Shown here: piece after piece, positions 41,673 through 50,159 of the stretch
Layout: each line of letters opens with the position of its first letter
How positions within the stretch are numbered: position 1 is the first letter of the stretch
From: Candidatus Micrarchaeota archaeon
GTDB taxonomy: Archaea > Micrarchaeota > Micrarchaeia > Micrarchaeales > CABMGC01
DNA: 64,000 nucleotides
Reading direction: 5' to 3'
NCBI GenBank assembly: GCA_021792095.1
Contig: JAJYVH010000001.1
Location: 317,324-381,323 of the forward strand
Notes under the pieces: generated by a model
Database searches by the model: none
What the model was told of the DNA's origin: nothing
What the model saw: the letters and a program-made list of their open reading frames with translations, nothing else
Position numbers and translations under genes: made by a program

Positions 41673-43226
41673 ATGGAGCAGCATAATAAGAGCGAACTGA
41701 GGGACAAGCACTGGTCGGAGCTGCTGGCCGATCGCGTCATAAGCGAGAAGAAGCCGCCCTACATCGTGACGGGAGGCATGACGACGAGTGGGCCCGCGCA
41801 CCTTGGCACCGTCTGCGAATTTCTCTACCCTGCGATGCTTGGAGATGTGCTGAAAGGCAAGGGCCATGGCGTCAAAGTGTTCTTCGTGGCGGACATACTG
41901 GATGCCTTTGACGGAATACCTGTTGAGATGCAAGAGTATGCGAAAGAGCTGGAGCCCGAATTGGGCAAGCCGCTGTCCGATGTGCGCGACCCGTTGGGGT
42001 GCCACCAGTCTTTCGGGGAGCACTACCTGTCGCAGGCGCTGGAGATAATGAAGCTGATGCGGCTCGAGCTTACCGTAGTCAGGGCGCCAGAGCTCTACAC
42101 CAGCGGTGCTTTTGACGGCTACACAAGGCTATTCTTGACGGAGGAGAAAAAGACCAAGGAGGTGGTGGCGCGGACCTCCTTCAGGAAGGTCGAGGACTTC
42201 AAGGACTGGAGCCCGATAATGCCTGTTTGCGAGAAATGCGGCAAGATAGCCACTACTAGAGTGACGTGGCATTCCGAAGACGAGTACGAGTATGTCTGCG
42301 ACCGCGACGTGAAGTACACCAAGGGCTGCGGCTACAGGGGCAGGGCGAGGATAAGCGACCACAGGTACAAGCTGCAATGGAGGCTGCACTGGCCGTGCTG
42401 GCAGGCGCACTTCGAGTCCAGCATCGAGGGCAGCGGTGTCGACCACATGACGCGCGGAGGGAGCGCGGACACAGCGATCGCAGTCCACAGGGAGCTGTTC
42501 AACAGGGAGCCGCTGATACTGTTCAAGTACGGCTTCGTGCTCTTCGAGGGCAAAAAATTCTCCAAGTCCAAGGGCATAGGCATGGGTGCCCTCGAACTCC
42601 TGCGCTTCCTGCCACCCGAACTGCTGAAGTACCTGCTCGTGGTGCCCAACGTGCAGCAGAACAAGGACATCAACCCCACCGGCGACAGCATGCTCAGGCT
42701 CTACGAAGACGCGGAGCGCATAAGCAGGCTCGAGAAGCCCGAGGACAGGGCCGACGAGAAGAAGATGCAGGCTTTCGGGTTCGCGGTGAAGAGGCTGGCG
42801 TGGCGTGCGCCCTTTGTCGACATGCTGCTCAACTACCAGATCTACAGGGACTGGGGCAAGGTGGGAGAACTGCTCGGCGACAGGGAGGGTGTTGCGTATC
42901 TAGCGCCGTACATAACAGAATGGCTCTCGCGCGGCATGGCGCCCGAGCAGTACAACTTCGCGCTCAAGCAGGGCAGGGTGGACGCTGACGAGCAGAAAAT
43001 CGCAATAGCCGTGCTGATAGGCAAGCTCAAGGACGGGATGGATGCGGTGCAGGTGCACAATCTCATATACGAGGCCGCAGAGGAGAGCGGCGTCGGCGCC
43101 GAAGTGCTGTTCGCCGCTGTTTACAAGGCCATGATAGGCAAGGAAAAGGGCCCGAGGCTGGGAAAACTCATAGTTGCCGTCGGCGTTTCGAAAACAAAAG
43201 ACATGCTTGCGACTGCGACTGCCTAG
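41673..43226 (+). CDS. lysK: lysyl-tRNA synthetase, class I
   Basis: HWSELLADRV...SGPAHLGT (HIGH-type motif), KFSKSKGIG (KMSKS motif), and the zinc site CEKCGK. Confidence 0.9.
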   Translation: MEQHNKSELRDKHWSELLADRVISEKKPPYIVTGGMTTSGPAHLGTVCEFLYPAMLGDVLKGKGHGVKVFFVADILDAFDGIPVEMQEYAKELEPELGKPLSDVRDPLGCHQSFGEHYLSQALEIMKLMRLELTVVRAPELYTSGAFDGYTRLFLTEEKKTKEVVARTSFRKVEDFKDWSPIMPVCEKCGKIATTRVTWHSEDEYEYVCDRDVKYTKGCGYRGRARISDHRYKLQWRLHWPCWQAHFESSIEGSGVDHMTRGGSADTAIAVHRELFNREPLILFKYGFVLFEGKKFSKSKGIGMGALELLRFLPPELLKYLLVVPNVQQNKDINPTGDSMLRLYEDAERISRLEKPEDRADEKKMQAFGFAVKRLAWRAPFVDMLLNYQIYRDWGKVGELLGDREGVAYLAPYITEWLSRGMAPEQYNFALKQGRVDADEQKIAIAVLIGKLKDGMDAVQVHNLIYEAAEESGVGAEVLFAAVYKAMIGKEKGPRLGKLIVAVGVSKTKDMLATATA

Positions 43227-43284
43227 TCTCAGCTACGCTGTTCCACAACTCAATGCTTATAAAAGAGCTGTGCAAAAGCACATC

Positions 43285-43941
43285 ATGGGAGTTGTGGAGG
43301 AGGAAAGGGCGTTTAGTCTCATTTGCGGTCAGTTCGGTAAAGTAGCAAAGGGCAGGAGGCTGAAGATAGGTATAGATGTAGACGATACTGCTGCTGATGT
43401 TACCGGGCTGCTTGGACCTATGCTCGCGAAGCGCCACGGTGCTGCTTTCTCAAGTCTCAGGAACAGGTTTGACCTGTCCGGTTTGGGGATAAGCAGAGTG
43501 GACGGCCAAGGTGCATACGCTAGTGTATGGAACGAGAAGCGCAACGAGATAAAGCCGCTGCTCAGCAGGCGTGCTTTCATGATGCTCAAAGAGATTGCTG
43601 TGCCTTCGTTCGTTGCCGCCAGACCCAAGGGTGCGGAGGGAGCGCTCAGGGAGTGGGTGGAGCACCACTACGGCGGGGACGCAAGGGTTGATGTCCTGCC
43701 TCCTGGCCCGACCAGCGCGCACGGAGCAAAGAAGCTAGGAAAGGGCTACGATATACTAATAGACGACGCGCCGCATGTGGCGGCAAGCATGAAGCTGCCG
43801 ATCGCACGTGACCGCGCCCTGCTGCTTGTAGATAAGTGGAAGGAGGCGAAGGCTAACGTCAACAAGGCCAATACTGCCATAGTTGCGAACGCCGAGCACG
43901 CGGCTGACCTCATCTTCGAGGCGCACGAGCTCGCCGAGTGA
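43285..43941 (+). CDS. HAD-fold 5'(3')-deoxyribonucleotidase-like (NT5C-like) protein
   Basis: The internal ATG of ORF 43174-43941 is used. IGIDVDDTAAD (DxDxT motif) and ILIDDAP. Confidence 0.5.
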   Translation: MGVVEEERAFSLICGQFGKVAKGRRLKIGIDVDDTAADVTGLLGPMLAKRHGAAFSSLRNRFDLSGLGISRVDGQGAYASVWNEKRNEIKPLLSRRAFMMLKEIAVPSFVAARPKGAEGALREWVEHHYGGDARVDVLPPGPTSAHGAKKLGKGYDILIDDAPHVAASMKLPIARDRALLLVDKWKEAKANVNKANTAIVANAEHAADLIFEAHELAE

Positions 43942-43967
43942 GAGGCTGCGTTTACCAGCGCCAACTT

Positions 43968-43989
43968 TTCCCAACGCAATCATTAAATA
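43968..43989 (+). promoter_or_regulatory. duplicated promoter module, copy 1 (TTCCCAACGCAAT-CA-TTAAATA)
   Basis: 20/22 identical to 44415-44436. The TATA-like TTAAATA is centred ~27 nt upstream of the ORF start at 44013. Confidence 0.5.
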
Positions 43990-44012
43990 CGCCCTAGACG
44001 CATGGCAGGTCG

Positions 44013-44393
44013 GTGCGTTCTATGGTCATGGGATTTGGGGGTGCGCTTGAAGCAAATGGTTCTGTTTTGGCAGACATCGCAGACGATTCGGGTCTCCTGA
44101 AATTCAGGAAAGTTCAGAAAGCAATAGACGATGCTGGTTTTGTCGAAGGCCTTGGGTTTCAGGAGTGGGTGCAGTTCGCAAAAGACAGCGGTCCATTAAT
44201 CGAGCTAAAACGGCCTGGATGCGGAAAACTGCTCGATGCCTCCACGAAAAGCGAATTGCGCCAGCATGTCGGAGATGCGATCAGCGTATTGGATAACGAG
44301 ATAGTTGTTCGCCCTTTTGAAAGCTCAAAGGCAGTAGGGGGCGTGTGGCTTGCTGCCGATCTTGTGAGAAGCGCCCTGTCCAGACAGAAGTAA
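44013..44393 (+). CDS. hypothetical protein, paralog A
   Basis: 126-aa ORF (GTG start; ATG at 44022). KAIDDAGFVEGLGFQEW is similar to EAVKDAGLERMGFRTEW of the next ORF. Confidence 0.45.
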   Translation: MRSMVMGFGGALEANGSVLADIADDSGLLKFRKVQKAIDDAGFVEGLGFQEWVQFAKDSGPLIELKRPGCGKLLDASTKSELRQHVGDAISVLDNEIVVRPFESSKAVGGVWLAADLVRSALSRQK

Positions 44394-44414
44394 GGGTAGC
44401 GCGCTGCATCGCCG

Positions 44415-44436
44415 TTCCCAACGCAATTGTTAAATA
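44415..44436 (+). promoter_or_regulatory. duplicated promoter module, copy 2
   Basis: TTCCCAACGCAAT-TG-TTAAATA upstream of ORF 44466. Confidence 0.5.
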
Positions 44437-44465
44437 AGTCGAAATGCATGACGTAATGGTGTATT

Positions 44466-44960
44466 GTGATGAACGGGCACGTGTGTATTGATGAGAAAGA
44501 GAGGGAGCTGCAGAGTGCGATAAAGCCCAACGACAGGAATACGTTCGTTGCGCTAAGGCGCGAGGATTTGATAAGGGAGGCCGTGAAAGATGCCGGATTG
44601 GAGAGAATGGGCTTCAGGACCGAATGGGGCGGCGGCAGGACTGGAGATAACGGCTTGGTGATATGGAGAAGGAATGCGGAGCAGATACTGAGCGATAAGG
44701 CTAGGGAAGAACTGGGCCTAGACATAATCGAGGACGACGCATACTACCTAGAAAAGAGAGAGGATCTGACCGGCGATTCGCTGTTCATGATTAAGAGAAG
44801 CGCGACCCACGAGAATGTGCTCGGCCTGGAACGCAACCAGTTTACCGTGTACGCACCGTTTGAAACAGATGTTGCTGACTGGATGCAGCTGCTGGCTGAC
44901 GCGATCGATGCTCAAGGCGAGCTGCACGGCGCCGCCTCGAAAAGCAAACGTGTTGGCTAA
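44466..44960 (+). CDS. hypothetical protein, paralog B
   Basis: 164-aa ORF that shares an N-terminal region with paralog A. Confidence 0.45.
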   Translation: MMNGHVCIDEKERELQSAIKPNDRNTFVALRREDLIREAVKDAGLERMGFRTEWGGGRTGDNGLVIWRRNAEQILSDKAREELGLDIIEDDAYYLEKREDLTGDSLFMIKRSATHENVLGLERNQFTVYAPFETDVADWMQLLADAIDAQGELHGAASKSKRVG

Positions 44961-45061
44961 CGTAAGTGGCCGACCCCGCTCTTTCGGCTAAAGATTCGGC
45001 GCCATACGTTGGCGGAGTGGACGCGACCAGCGGTATAAAGATATATAAATGTCATTTGAGA

Positions 45062-45254
45062 TGGATGCCCAAACAGGAGGCGCACCGACAGTGCGGGCAT
45101 ATAGTGTGCGGGTGCCAATGGGTTGTGTTCCTGTTCGCTATAACCCGTGCGAAATGTCCCGGAAGGGACGGTCGCGTTTACATGCCCTGCAACCGCGGAA
45201 CCCACGCACTTTAGACGCGTGGGATGTCGCATAAGCTGCTGCATTATTGGTATG
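45062..45254 (+). ncRNA. candidate structured RNA / long leader directly abutting tRNA-Ser(GGA)
   Basis: A TATA-rich box (TATAAAGATATATAAAT, 45034-45050) is followed by ~190 nt of GC-rich sequence with nested hairpins: CGCAC-CGACA-GTGCG, GGGTT...AACCC, GTCCC-GGAA-GGGAC and CCCACGC...GCGTGGG. A long-range GGGCAT/ATGCCC pairing is also present. Only spurious ORFs fall here. Confidence 0.3.
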
Positions 45255-45350
45255 AGCCAGGGTGGCGGAATCCGGTAACGCGCGCGCCTGGAAAGCATTC
45301 CCGCAAGCGCGTGCCCTTCGGGGCTTTTGGGTTCAAATCCCAACCCTGGC
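45255..45350 (+). tRNA. tRNA-Ser(GGA) with a 12-nt intron after position 37
   Basis: Acceptor GCCAGGG/CCCTGGC. Anticodon stem CGCGC/GCGCG encloses CTGGAA-[AGCATTCCCGCA]-A, and the anticodon GGAA pairs with intron TTCC. Variable arm GCCC-TTCG-GGGC. T arm TTGGG-TTCAAAT-CCCAA. Confidence 0.85.
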
Positions 45351-45496
45351 GTTTTTATTCGTGAGGCAAGAAAACGCATATAAACACCAACTGCCAATTA
45401 CTGCCTTGCTTAAGAAACAGGCGCTTCAGGCTGTGCTCGGGTGCACGCTTGTCCTGAGCTCATGTTCTTAAATGGTTGAAAAGATAGAGTGTACGC

Positions 45497-46156
45497 ATGG
45501 CGGAAGAGCAGCAGGCAAAGCCAAAGGGCCAAGAAGGCAGGAAGGCCAGCGAAGCGATAAGCATAGTCAGGCTCGCGGGCAGGGACATAGACGGCAGGCT
45601 GCCAGTCTTCAGGGCGCTCCGCCAGATAAAGGGCATAGGGCAAGGCATGGCGAATGCGATGGCCGAGGCTACCGAGAGAAGCCAGGGCATAAGCAGGGTC
45701 AAGCAGATAGGCGCGCTGAGCGAGGAGGAGATGGCGAAGCTGGAGTCGGTCATAAGGAGCCCGGAGAAGTTCGGAGTGCCGCAGTTCATGCTCAACAGGC
45801 AGAAGGACGCGGAGGCGAACGCCAGCATACACGTGGTTGGCACGGATCTGGTGATAAAGACAAGGCAGGACATGGACAATTCTATTAAGCAGCAGACCTG
45901 GATAGGCTTCAGGAGGCAGTACGGCCAGAAAGTGAGGGGCCAGAGAACCAGGGCGACGGGCAGGACCGGCGAGACCGTGGGAGTGGCCAAGAAGAAGGTG
46001 GAGGAGGCAGAGAAGGCGGCCAGGGCGCCGAAGGGCGCCGCAGGGCCGGCGAAGCCTGGGACCGCTCCGGCAGGGGCTGCGCCAGGCGCGCCTGCGGCAG
46101 GGGCCCCGGCTGCCGAAGCAGCGCCGAAGGCGGCTGCGAAGCAGGAGCAGAAGTGA
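45497..46156 (+). CDS. rps13: 30S ribosomal protein uS13 with an A/P/G/K-rich C-terminal extension
   Basis: IVRLAGRDIDGRLPVFRALRQIKGIG...RGQRTRATGRTG. A ~55-aa low-complexity tail follows. Confidence 0.9.
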   Translation: MAEEQQAKPKGQEGRKASEAISIVRLAGRDIDGRLPVFRALRQIKGIGQGMANAMAEATERSQGISRVKQIGALSEEEMAKLESVIRSPEKFGVPQFMLNRQKDAEANASIHVVGTDLVIKTRQDMDNSIKQQTWIGFRRQYGQKVRGQRTRATGRTGETVGVAKKKVEEAEKAARAPKGAAGPAKPGTAPAGAAPGAPAAGAPAAEAAPKAAAKQEQK

Positions 46157-46165
46157 GGTGTTTGA

Positions 46166-46780
46166 ACGGGCGCGCCTAAGAGGACAAGGAAGAAGTACGA
46201 AACGCCCACCATAATGTGGGATTCAGCAAGGATACAGAAGGAGCACGGGCTCAAGGAGAAGTACGGGCTCAAGAACCTGAGGGAGCTGTGGATGCTTGAT
46301 AGCGAGCTCAGGAGGGTGAAGCAGAACGTAAGGAACGTTCTTTCGGGCAAGGCCAGCGAGGAGACAGGAAGCAGTATAATGTCGAGGCTCGCAAGGTACA
46401 ACGTGGTCGGCCGGGACGCGAAGCTCGACGACCTTCTCGTGCTCGATGTGGAGAGCCTGCTGGAGAGGCGCCTCGAGACCGTAGTGCTCAGGAAGGGGCT
46501 GTCGAGGACGATGAAGCAGGCCAGGCAGTTCGTGGCCCACGGTCTCATAACTGTCGCGGGCAGGCGTATGACTTCCCCTGGCTATCTGGTCAAGGCCAAC
46601 GAGGAGGATTCGGTGGCGTACTACAAGCTCATAAAGCTCAATGAGCCGGAGCAGCAGGTGCAGGTCTTGGCCACCCAGGCGGGGCACGCCGCGGCCACAG
46701 AGACAGTGACCGCGCAGCAGGAGACCGAAACAAAGCAGGAGCAGCAGGCGGGCGCAGAGCGGAAGGAAGGGGGTGCTTGA
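46166..46780 (+). CDS. rps4: 30S ribosomal protein uS4 (conserved N-terminus begins at an ACG codon; first ATG is at 46214)
   Basis: In-frame translation from 46166 reads (ACG)GAPKRTRKKYETPTIMWDSARI..., matching the archaeal S4 N-terminus MGDPKRxRKKYETP as I recall it. TGA lies immediately upstream. The ORF-track version starts at 46214. Confidence 0.85.
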   Translation, partial: TGAPKRTRKKYETPTIMWDSARIQKEHGLKEKYGLKNLRELWMLDSELRRVKQNVRNVLSGKASEETGSSIMSRLARYNVVGRDAKLDDLLVLDVESLLERRLETVVLRKGLSRTMKQARQFVAHGLITVAGRRMTSPGYLVKANEEDSVAYYKLIKLNEPEQQVQVLATQAGHAAATETVTAQQETETKQEQQAGAERKEGGA

Positions 46781-47284
46781 TTGGCTAAGGGCAAGAAGGA
46801 GAAGAGCGCGGAAGTGAAGGTCGAGCAGCCGAGCAAGAAGCAGGAAGAGACCTCTTACGAGGCCGCAGTGCAGGAGGCCGCGCAGAAGTACAAGCCGAAG
46901 GGCATAAGGTGGGGCGTCGCCCACATATTGTCTTCAAAGAACGACACAATAATAACGCTCACAGACCTTACTGGCGCCGAGACGATAGCGATAGGCAGCG
47001 GCGGCATGATAGTGGACGCGGACCGCGAGGAAGGCTCTCCCTATGCGGCTACGCAGGCCACGTACAAGGTTGCTGCCATAGCGGTGGAGAAGGGCATAAC
47101 GCACATCAACATAAAGATAAGGGCGCCGGGAGGCCATGGGCCTAAGACGCCGGGCCCTGGCGCGCAGGCAGTGGTGAGGGCCCTGGCAAGGAGCGGCTTC
47201 ACGATAGGGAGCATAGAGGACGTGACGCCTGTGCCCACCGACACCACGAAGAGGCCGGGCGGCAGGAGGGGCAGGAGGGTATAG
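46781..47284 (+). CDS. rps11: 30S ribosomal protein uS11 with a ~40-aa K/E-rich N-terminal extension (TTG start)
   Basis: [23 protein letters not shown]...[12 protein letters not shown] immediately follows the uS4 stop. Confidence 0.9.
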   Translation: MAKGKKEKSAEVKVEQPSKKQEETSYEAAVQEAAQKYKPKGIRWGVAHILSSKNDTIITLTDLTGAETIAIGSGGMIVDADREEGSPYAATQATYKVAAIAVEKGITHINIKIRAPGGHGPKTPGPGAQAVVRALARSGFTIGSIEDVTPVPTDTTKRPGGRRGRRV

Positions 47285-47407
47285 GCCCGTCTACCTCCTG
47301 GTTTTTAGCAATTCTGTAGGGTACAGGCAGAGGCCCTGCCTGATTTTCTCCATCACGAGTCTCTCTTGGCTTCAAGCGGAAGTTTCAGGCGAGAATCTGC
47401 CATTCTG

Positions 47408-48304
47408 TTAGGCTATCAACGCCAGCACTGCGGTAAGTACGACCGAGGTGTCAAAGTTGTCGTCGAGGTGCAGGGGCAGGCTCTCCACTATGGCGCCCAG
47501 CGCCGCAACGAGCAGCCCCAACATGCCAACGAACGGCACGGAGACTGCCGCCGCAGCGGCGAAATACGCCAGCGTGCCTGTCACGCTCTTGTCCTTGTTG
47601 TACGGGAGCGCCATGGGGTAGCGCGTGCCCGCCAGGGTCGCTACAGCGTCGCCCAGTATTATGGCGGCAAGCACCGGCAGCACTAGCTCCGCCGGCAGGA
47701 ACGAGACTGCGACAAGGGTGCCTGTCGCGAGCCACATGGCCCCCTGCCCGAAGGCCGCTCCCTCGCGCTCGAGCGAGCGCAGGAAAGCGGAGACTCTGCT
47801 CTTGCGTCCGCTGGCAGCGTAGTTGGCCAGCAGCGATGCCGCCAGTATCGCGTACACTGCCGCATACTCGGCAGCAGAGGCTCCTGTGATCGCGAATATG
47901 GCCACGAAGCAGATTCCCAGCGCCGCCTGCGCTATGTCCCTGTTCGTCTCCAGCGCAGGGTTCGACCTGTGCGCGCGCCTCGCGAAGAGGTACGCGCTGC
48001 TGAGGAAGCCGAGCAGCATCGCCTGCGCGGCAAGCTGTGCTGCGCTCTGCATGAACAGGACGAACATGGCTGCTAGAGCGAGGTAGAGATAATTGTTCCT
48101 GGTTCCGTAGCTGTGTGCCAGGCCGTTGAATATTAGCAGACCCAGCAGCATAGTAACTATGCTCGTTCCCTCCACGTATGCGAGCCCGGCGGCGGCTATG
48201 CCCGCAGCGAGCAGGAAAAGCAGCTCCCTACGCTTTGCGCAGCCAACCCTGTACGCCAGCAGCAGGATAGCGATCGCGCCAAGTATTATTCCGCTCGCCA
48301 GCAT
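47408..48304 (-). CDS. polytopic membrane protein, dolichol/polyprenol kinase-like (CdsA superfamily)
   Basis: The C-terminal GDAVATLAGTRYPMALPYNKDKSVTGTLAYF resembles the CTP-dependent kinase/cytidylyltransferase motif. Its ATG overlaps the upstream stop (TGATG). Confidence 0.5.
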   Translation of the reverse strand: MLASGIILGAIAILLLAYRVGCAKRRELLFLLAAGIAAAGLAYVEGTSIVTMLLGLLIFNGLAHSYGTRNNYLYLALAAMFVLFMQSAAQLAAQAMLLGFLSSAYLFARRAHRSNPALETNRDIAQAALGICFVAIFAITGASAAEYAAVYAILAASLLANYAASGRKSRVSAFLRSLEREGAAFGQGAMWLATGTLVAVSFLPAELVLPVLAAIILGDAVATLAGTRYPMALPYNKDKSVTGTLAYFAAAAAVSVPFVGMLGLLVAALGAIVESLPLHLDDNFDTSVVLTAVLALIA

Positions 48305-50148
48305 CAAACCACGTATATTACCCACGCAGCTATAACGAACGCAGCCAGCACAAGGCCCGGGGTTGCGTACTTTATCCTTGTCCTGACTTCCTTGCTCGCG
48401 CGCTCGATTATCGCTCCGGCGTCCTCCCCCCACACGGCGAAGTCCTTCATCAGCGTGCGCTTGTAGGCGTAGCTCACGGGCTCCATTCCGCGCAGCGCGT
48501 CGTCTATCAGCTGGTCGAGCGCCGGCATTATGCTGCCCGCGTGCGTCTGCCTGCCGAGGCAGTTGCTGGCCGACGAGTTTATGGCGTTTACCGAGTGCGT
48601 GTCGGTGGTGCAGACCTCCACATCCATCCTGTACTTCTTCTTAATATGTGTCATGACCTCGTCCCTGAAGCCGGGCAGCATGTTGTTAGCGTCGAAGTAT
48701 ACCAGGCAGAACCTCCGCCCGCCGTAGCCGAAAACGCCCACGCTCGTGTAGCCGTCGCCCAGATCGCCGGGCCAGCCCAGCGCGCTCGCGAGCACTCTGT
48801 GCGCGGCGCCGAAGGACAGCGGATGCTTCCTGCCGTTCCTGCCGGCCGCCTCCAGTATCGCGCGCTCGTACATGCCTGCGTATGCGCTGCCTATGCCCAC
48901 TCCCTTGAGCTCGTTCGGTCCGGCCGACTCGAACCTTGTGTTGTGCGCGTCCACGATTATAGCCCTGCCGCCGGTCCCGCGCTCCGCCACCTCCTTCAGC
49001 CTTGTGCCTACGCGCTTGTCTATGTCTTCGGTGACCAGCGGTGCCTTGCTCAGCAGGAACAGGTTCGCGCCGCCCATAGATATGTCTATGGCATTGCATG
49101 CGCCTTCGCCTCCGAAAGAGACGGCCCCGTAAGCCCTGCTGAAACGCCCCATGTTCTCGAGCCATGCGGATATGCTGTTGGAGAGCGCGTACACCTGCCC
49201 TGTGCTTACCGGGTTGTCCCTTAGGTCCAGCGCGCCGTGCAGCACGAACGGGGACGCCGAGTACTTGCCCGCTATCATCCTGCCTATCTGCCGCGTGGCT
49301 ATGCTGCCCCCGGCCCCATGGAACGGGCCGAAGTGTATGTCCGGGTTCACGAATATGCCCTTGTAGCCGTCCTTGCCCCTCAGCGCAAGCATCTCCACCT
49401 CAAGGTCCCGTTTGCCGCTGGCGCCGCTCCCTATCACGCTCACGTCGCTCTCGATGTCGAAGAGCCACTCGCTGACCAGGTTCATGAATATGCCCACGCC
49501 GCTCGCCGCCATGTGCCTCTTGGCCGGCCTGTCCACCATGAACAGGAACAGGTAGCTCGCCACCAGGAAGACGAGCATGCCGGACGCGAGCTTCACCATG
49601 GTCAGGGTCAGCGGCTCGCCGAGGCCGAGGATATACTTGCCGAGCGGCAGGTAGAAGAGCATGTTAAGCACCGGCTGCACTGCCGCGATCACCACTATGC
49701 TTCTCTTCATGCCTGTCACGAACCTGCCTATGACGAGCCAGTAGCCGTAGATGCCCGCGTTCACCAGGAGCAGGAACACGTAGGCGAGTGAGGCGTAACC
49801 TATGAGCGCGAACGCAGAGGAGCCCAGTGCGAGCAGCGCCGCGTACGGCACTGTTATTAGCAGCGTTGCCATGAGCGCGTGCTTGAGCAGCATGCGCCTC
49901 TTCACCATCTTCAATGCCGCTGCGGTGAGAAGCGCCGGCAGGCTTATGACTATGGCTCCGGCGGCCACTCCGCTGACCACCACCTGCAGGTACGCTGAGG
50001 CTAGTGAGCTCGCGTGTATTATTACGCTTGCCAGCCCGCCGGCCGCCGCACCAAGGAAGAGCAGCACCAGCGCCTGCAGGGCGGCGCTGGGCGCCTGTAT
50101 GGTGAAATATTTCGCATAACGCATAAGACGGAACTTGCGCTTGGGCAT
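48304..50148 (-). CDS. large membrane protein with a C-terminal soluble domain (DUF2070-like)
   Basis: 614 aa with ~7 N-terminal TM helices, a soluble domain, and a terminal TM helix. The family assignment is from memory only. Confidence 0.45.
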   Translation of the reverse strand: MPKRKFRLMRYAKYFTIQAPSAALQALVLLFLGAAAGGLASVIIHASSLASAYLQVVVSGVAAGAIVISLPALLTAAALKMVKRRMLLKHALMATLLITVPYAALLALGSSAFALIGYASLAYVFLLLVNAGIYGYWLVIGRFVTGMKRSIVVIAAVQPVLNMLFYLPLGKYILGLGEPLTLTMVKLASGMLVFLVASYLFLFMVDRPAKRHMAASGVGIFMNLVSEWLFDIESDVSVIGSGASGKRDLEVEMLALRGKDGYKGIFVNPDIHFGPFHGAGGSIATRQIGRMIAGKYSASPFVLHGALDLRDNPVSTGQVYALSNSISAWLENMGRFSRAYGAVSFGGEGACNAIDISMGGANLFLLSKAPLVTEDIDKRVGTRLKEVAERGTGGRAIIVDAHNTRFESAGPNELKGVGIGSAYAGMYERAILEAAGRNGRKHPLSFGAAHRVLASALGWPGDLGDGYTSVGVFGYGGRRFCLVYFDANNMLPGFRDEVMTHIKKKYRMDVEVCTTDTHSVNAINSSASNCLGRQTHAGSIMPALDQLIDDALRGMEPVSYAYKRTLMKDFAVWGEDAGAIIERASKEVRTRIKYATPGLVLAAFVIAAWVIYVV

Positions 50149-50159
50149 GCAAACACAGT

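Noticed and set aside
45156-45169. GUCCC-GGAA-GGGAC hairpin, considered as SRP RNA helix 8
   Set aside because: It lacks the flanking AGG/AGCA symmetric-loop signature. The minus-strand motif at 25622-25645 fits much better. It is kept only as part of an unassigned structured leader.
44957-45397. 146-aa minus-strand ORF and small plus-strand ORFs at 44966-45234
   Set aside because: They overlap tRNA-Ser(GGA) and its structured GC-rich leader. There is no coding signature.
46154-46168. Stop-codon readthrough fusing uS13 and uS4, which are in the same frame and separated by TGA GGT GTT TGA
   Set aside because: Two TGA codons would need to be read through, and both proteins are complete, independent families. 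The shared frame is most simply coincidence.
45460-46548. 362-aa minus-strand ORF
   Set aside because: It is antisense to rps13 and rps4, and its product is low-complexity S/L/A-rich.
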